Of a stretch of 5,132 nucleotides of DNA, positions 5,059 to 5,132 are shown in pieces. Location: IMG/VR virus record IMGVR_UViG_2636416161_000006, one strand, 5' to 3'. Every line of letters starts with the position of its first letter. Within the stretch, counting starts at the first letter, position 1. Origin of the DNA: a virus. Lineage: Duplodnaviria > Heunggongvirae > Uroviricota > Caudoviricetes. The notes under the pieces were generated by a model. The model was not told the origin of the DNA. It saw only the letters and a list, made by a program, of their open reading frames with translations, and searched no databases. A program made the translations under genes and the position numbers.

Positions 5059-5132
5059 ACCAACCCTCCCTTTAGCGTTGTTTAGAATGGCAATTGGATT
5101 TGCCCCTATATTTCCAGACATCTGTTATCACT

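Noticed and set aside
5059-5121. N-terminal extension of the minus-strand secreted protein (start at ATG 5121, 153 aa)
   Set aside because: No SD before ATG 5121 within the window, and the extra 21 residues would precede the signal peptide. GTG 5058 with AAAGGGAGG is preferred. The ATG start is not fully excluded.
1-5132. CRISPR arrays, tRNA or rRNA genes, transposase or integrase genes
   Set aside because: The only regular repeats are the 9-bp arrays at 1-115, which lack CRISPR-like spacers. No cloverleaf-like or rRNA-like segments and no recombinase-like ORFs were seen.

Overview
5.1-kb window, probably from an enterobacterial-type mobile element (plasmid or prophage). Host assignment is inference from Shine-Dalgarno usage, a LexA-type SOS box and four Chi octamers. 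Left end: six ordered copies of a 9-bp motif (three GTTGGTTCA direct, three TGAACCAAC inverted) flank an AT-rich spacer, followed by a 152-aa ORF with a possible helix-turn-helix segment and a clear intrinsic terminator. Centre: one transcription unit with a perfect TATAAT -10 hexamer followed directly by a CTGT-N8-ACAG LexA-box-like palindrome, a strong SD, a 57-aa ORF absent from the supplied ORF track (ribbon-helix-helix-like pattern), and two translationally coupled large ORFs (488 and 701 aa). Both large proteins are Gln/Ala-rich, low-complexity and show no catalytic motif I can recognise; the 701-aa protein has a Gly/Ala-rich hydrophobic hairpin near its C-terminus. Right end: a convergent, AT-richer gene for a small Sec-signal-peptide protein with Cys at both ends of the mature domain. 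No rRNA, tRNA, CRISPR array, transposase or integrase was recognised. I could not assign any protein to a named family from memory, so all functional labels are hypotheses, and no database search or computation beyond hand counting was possible.
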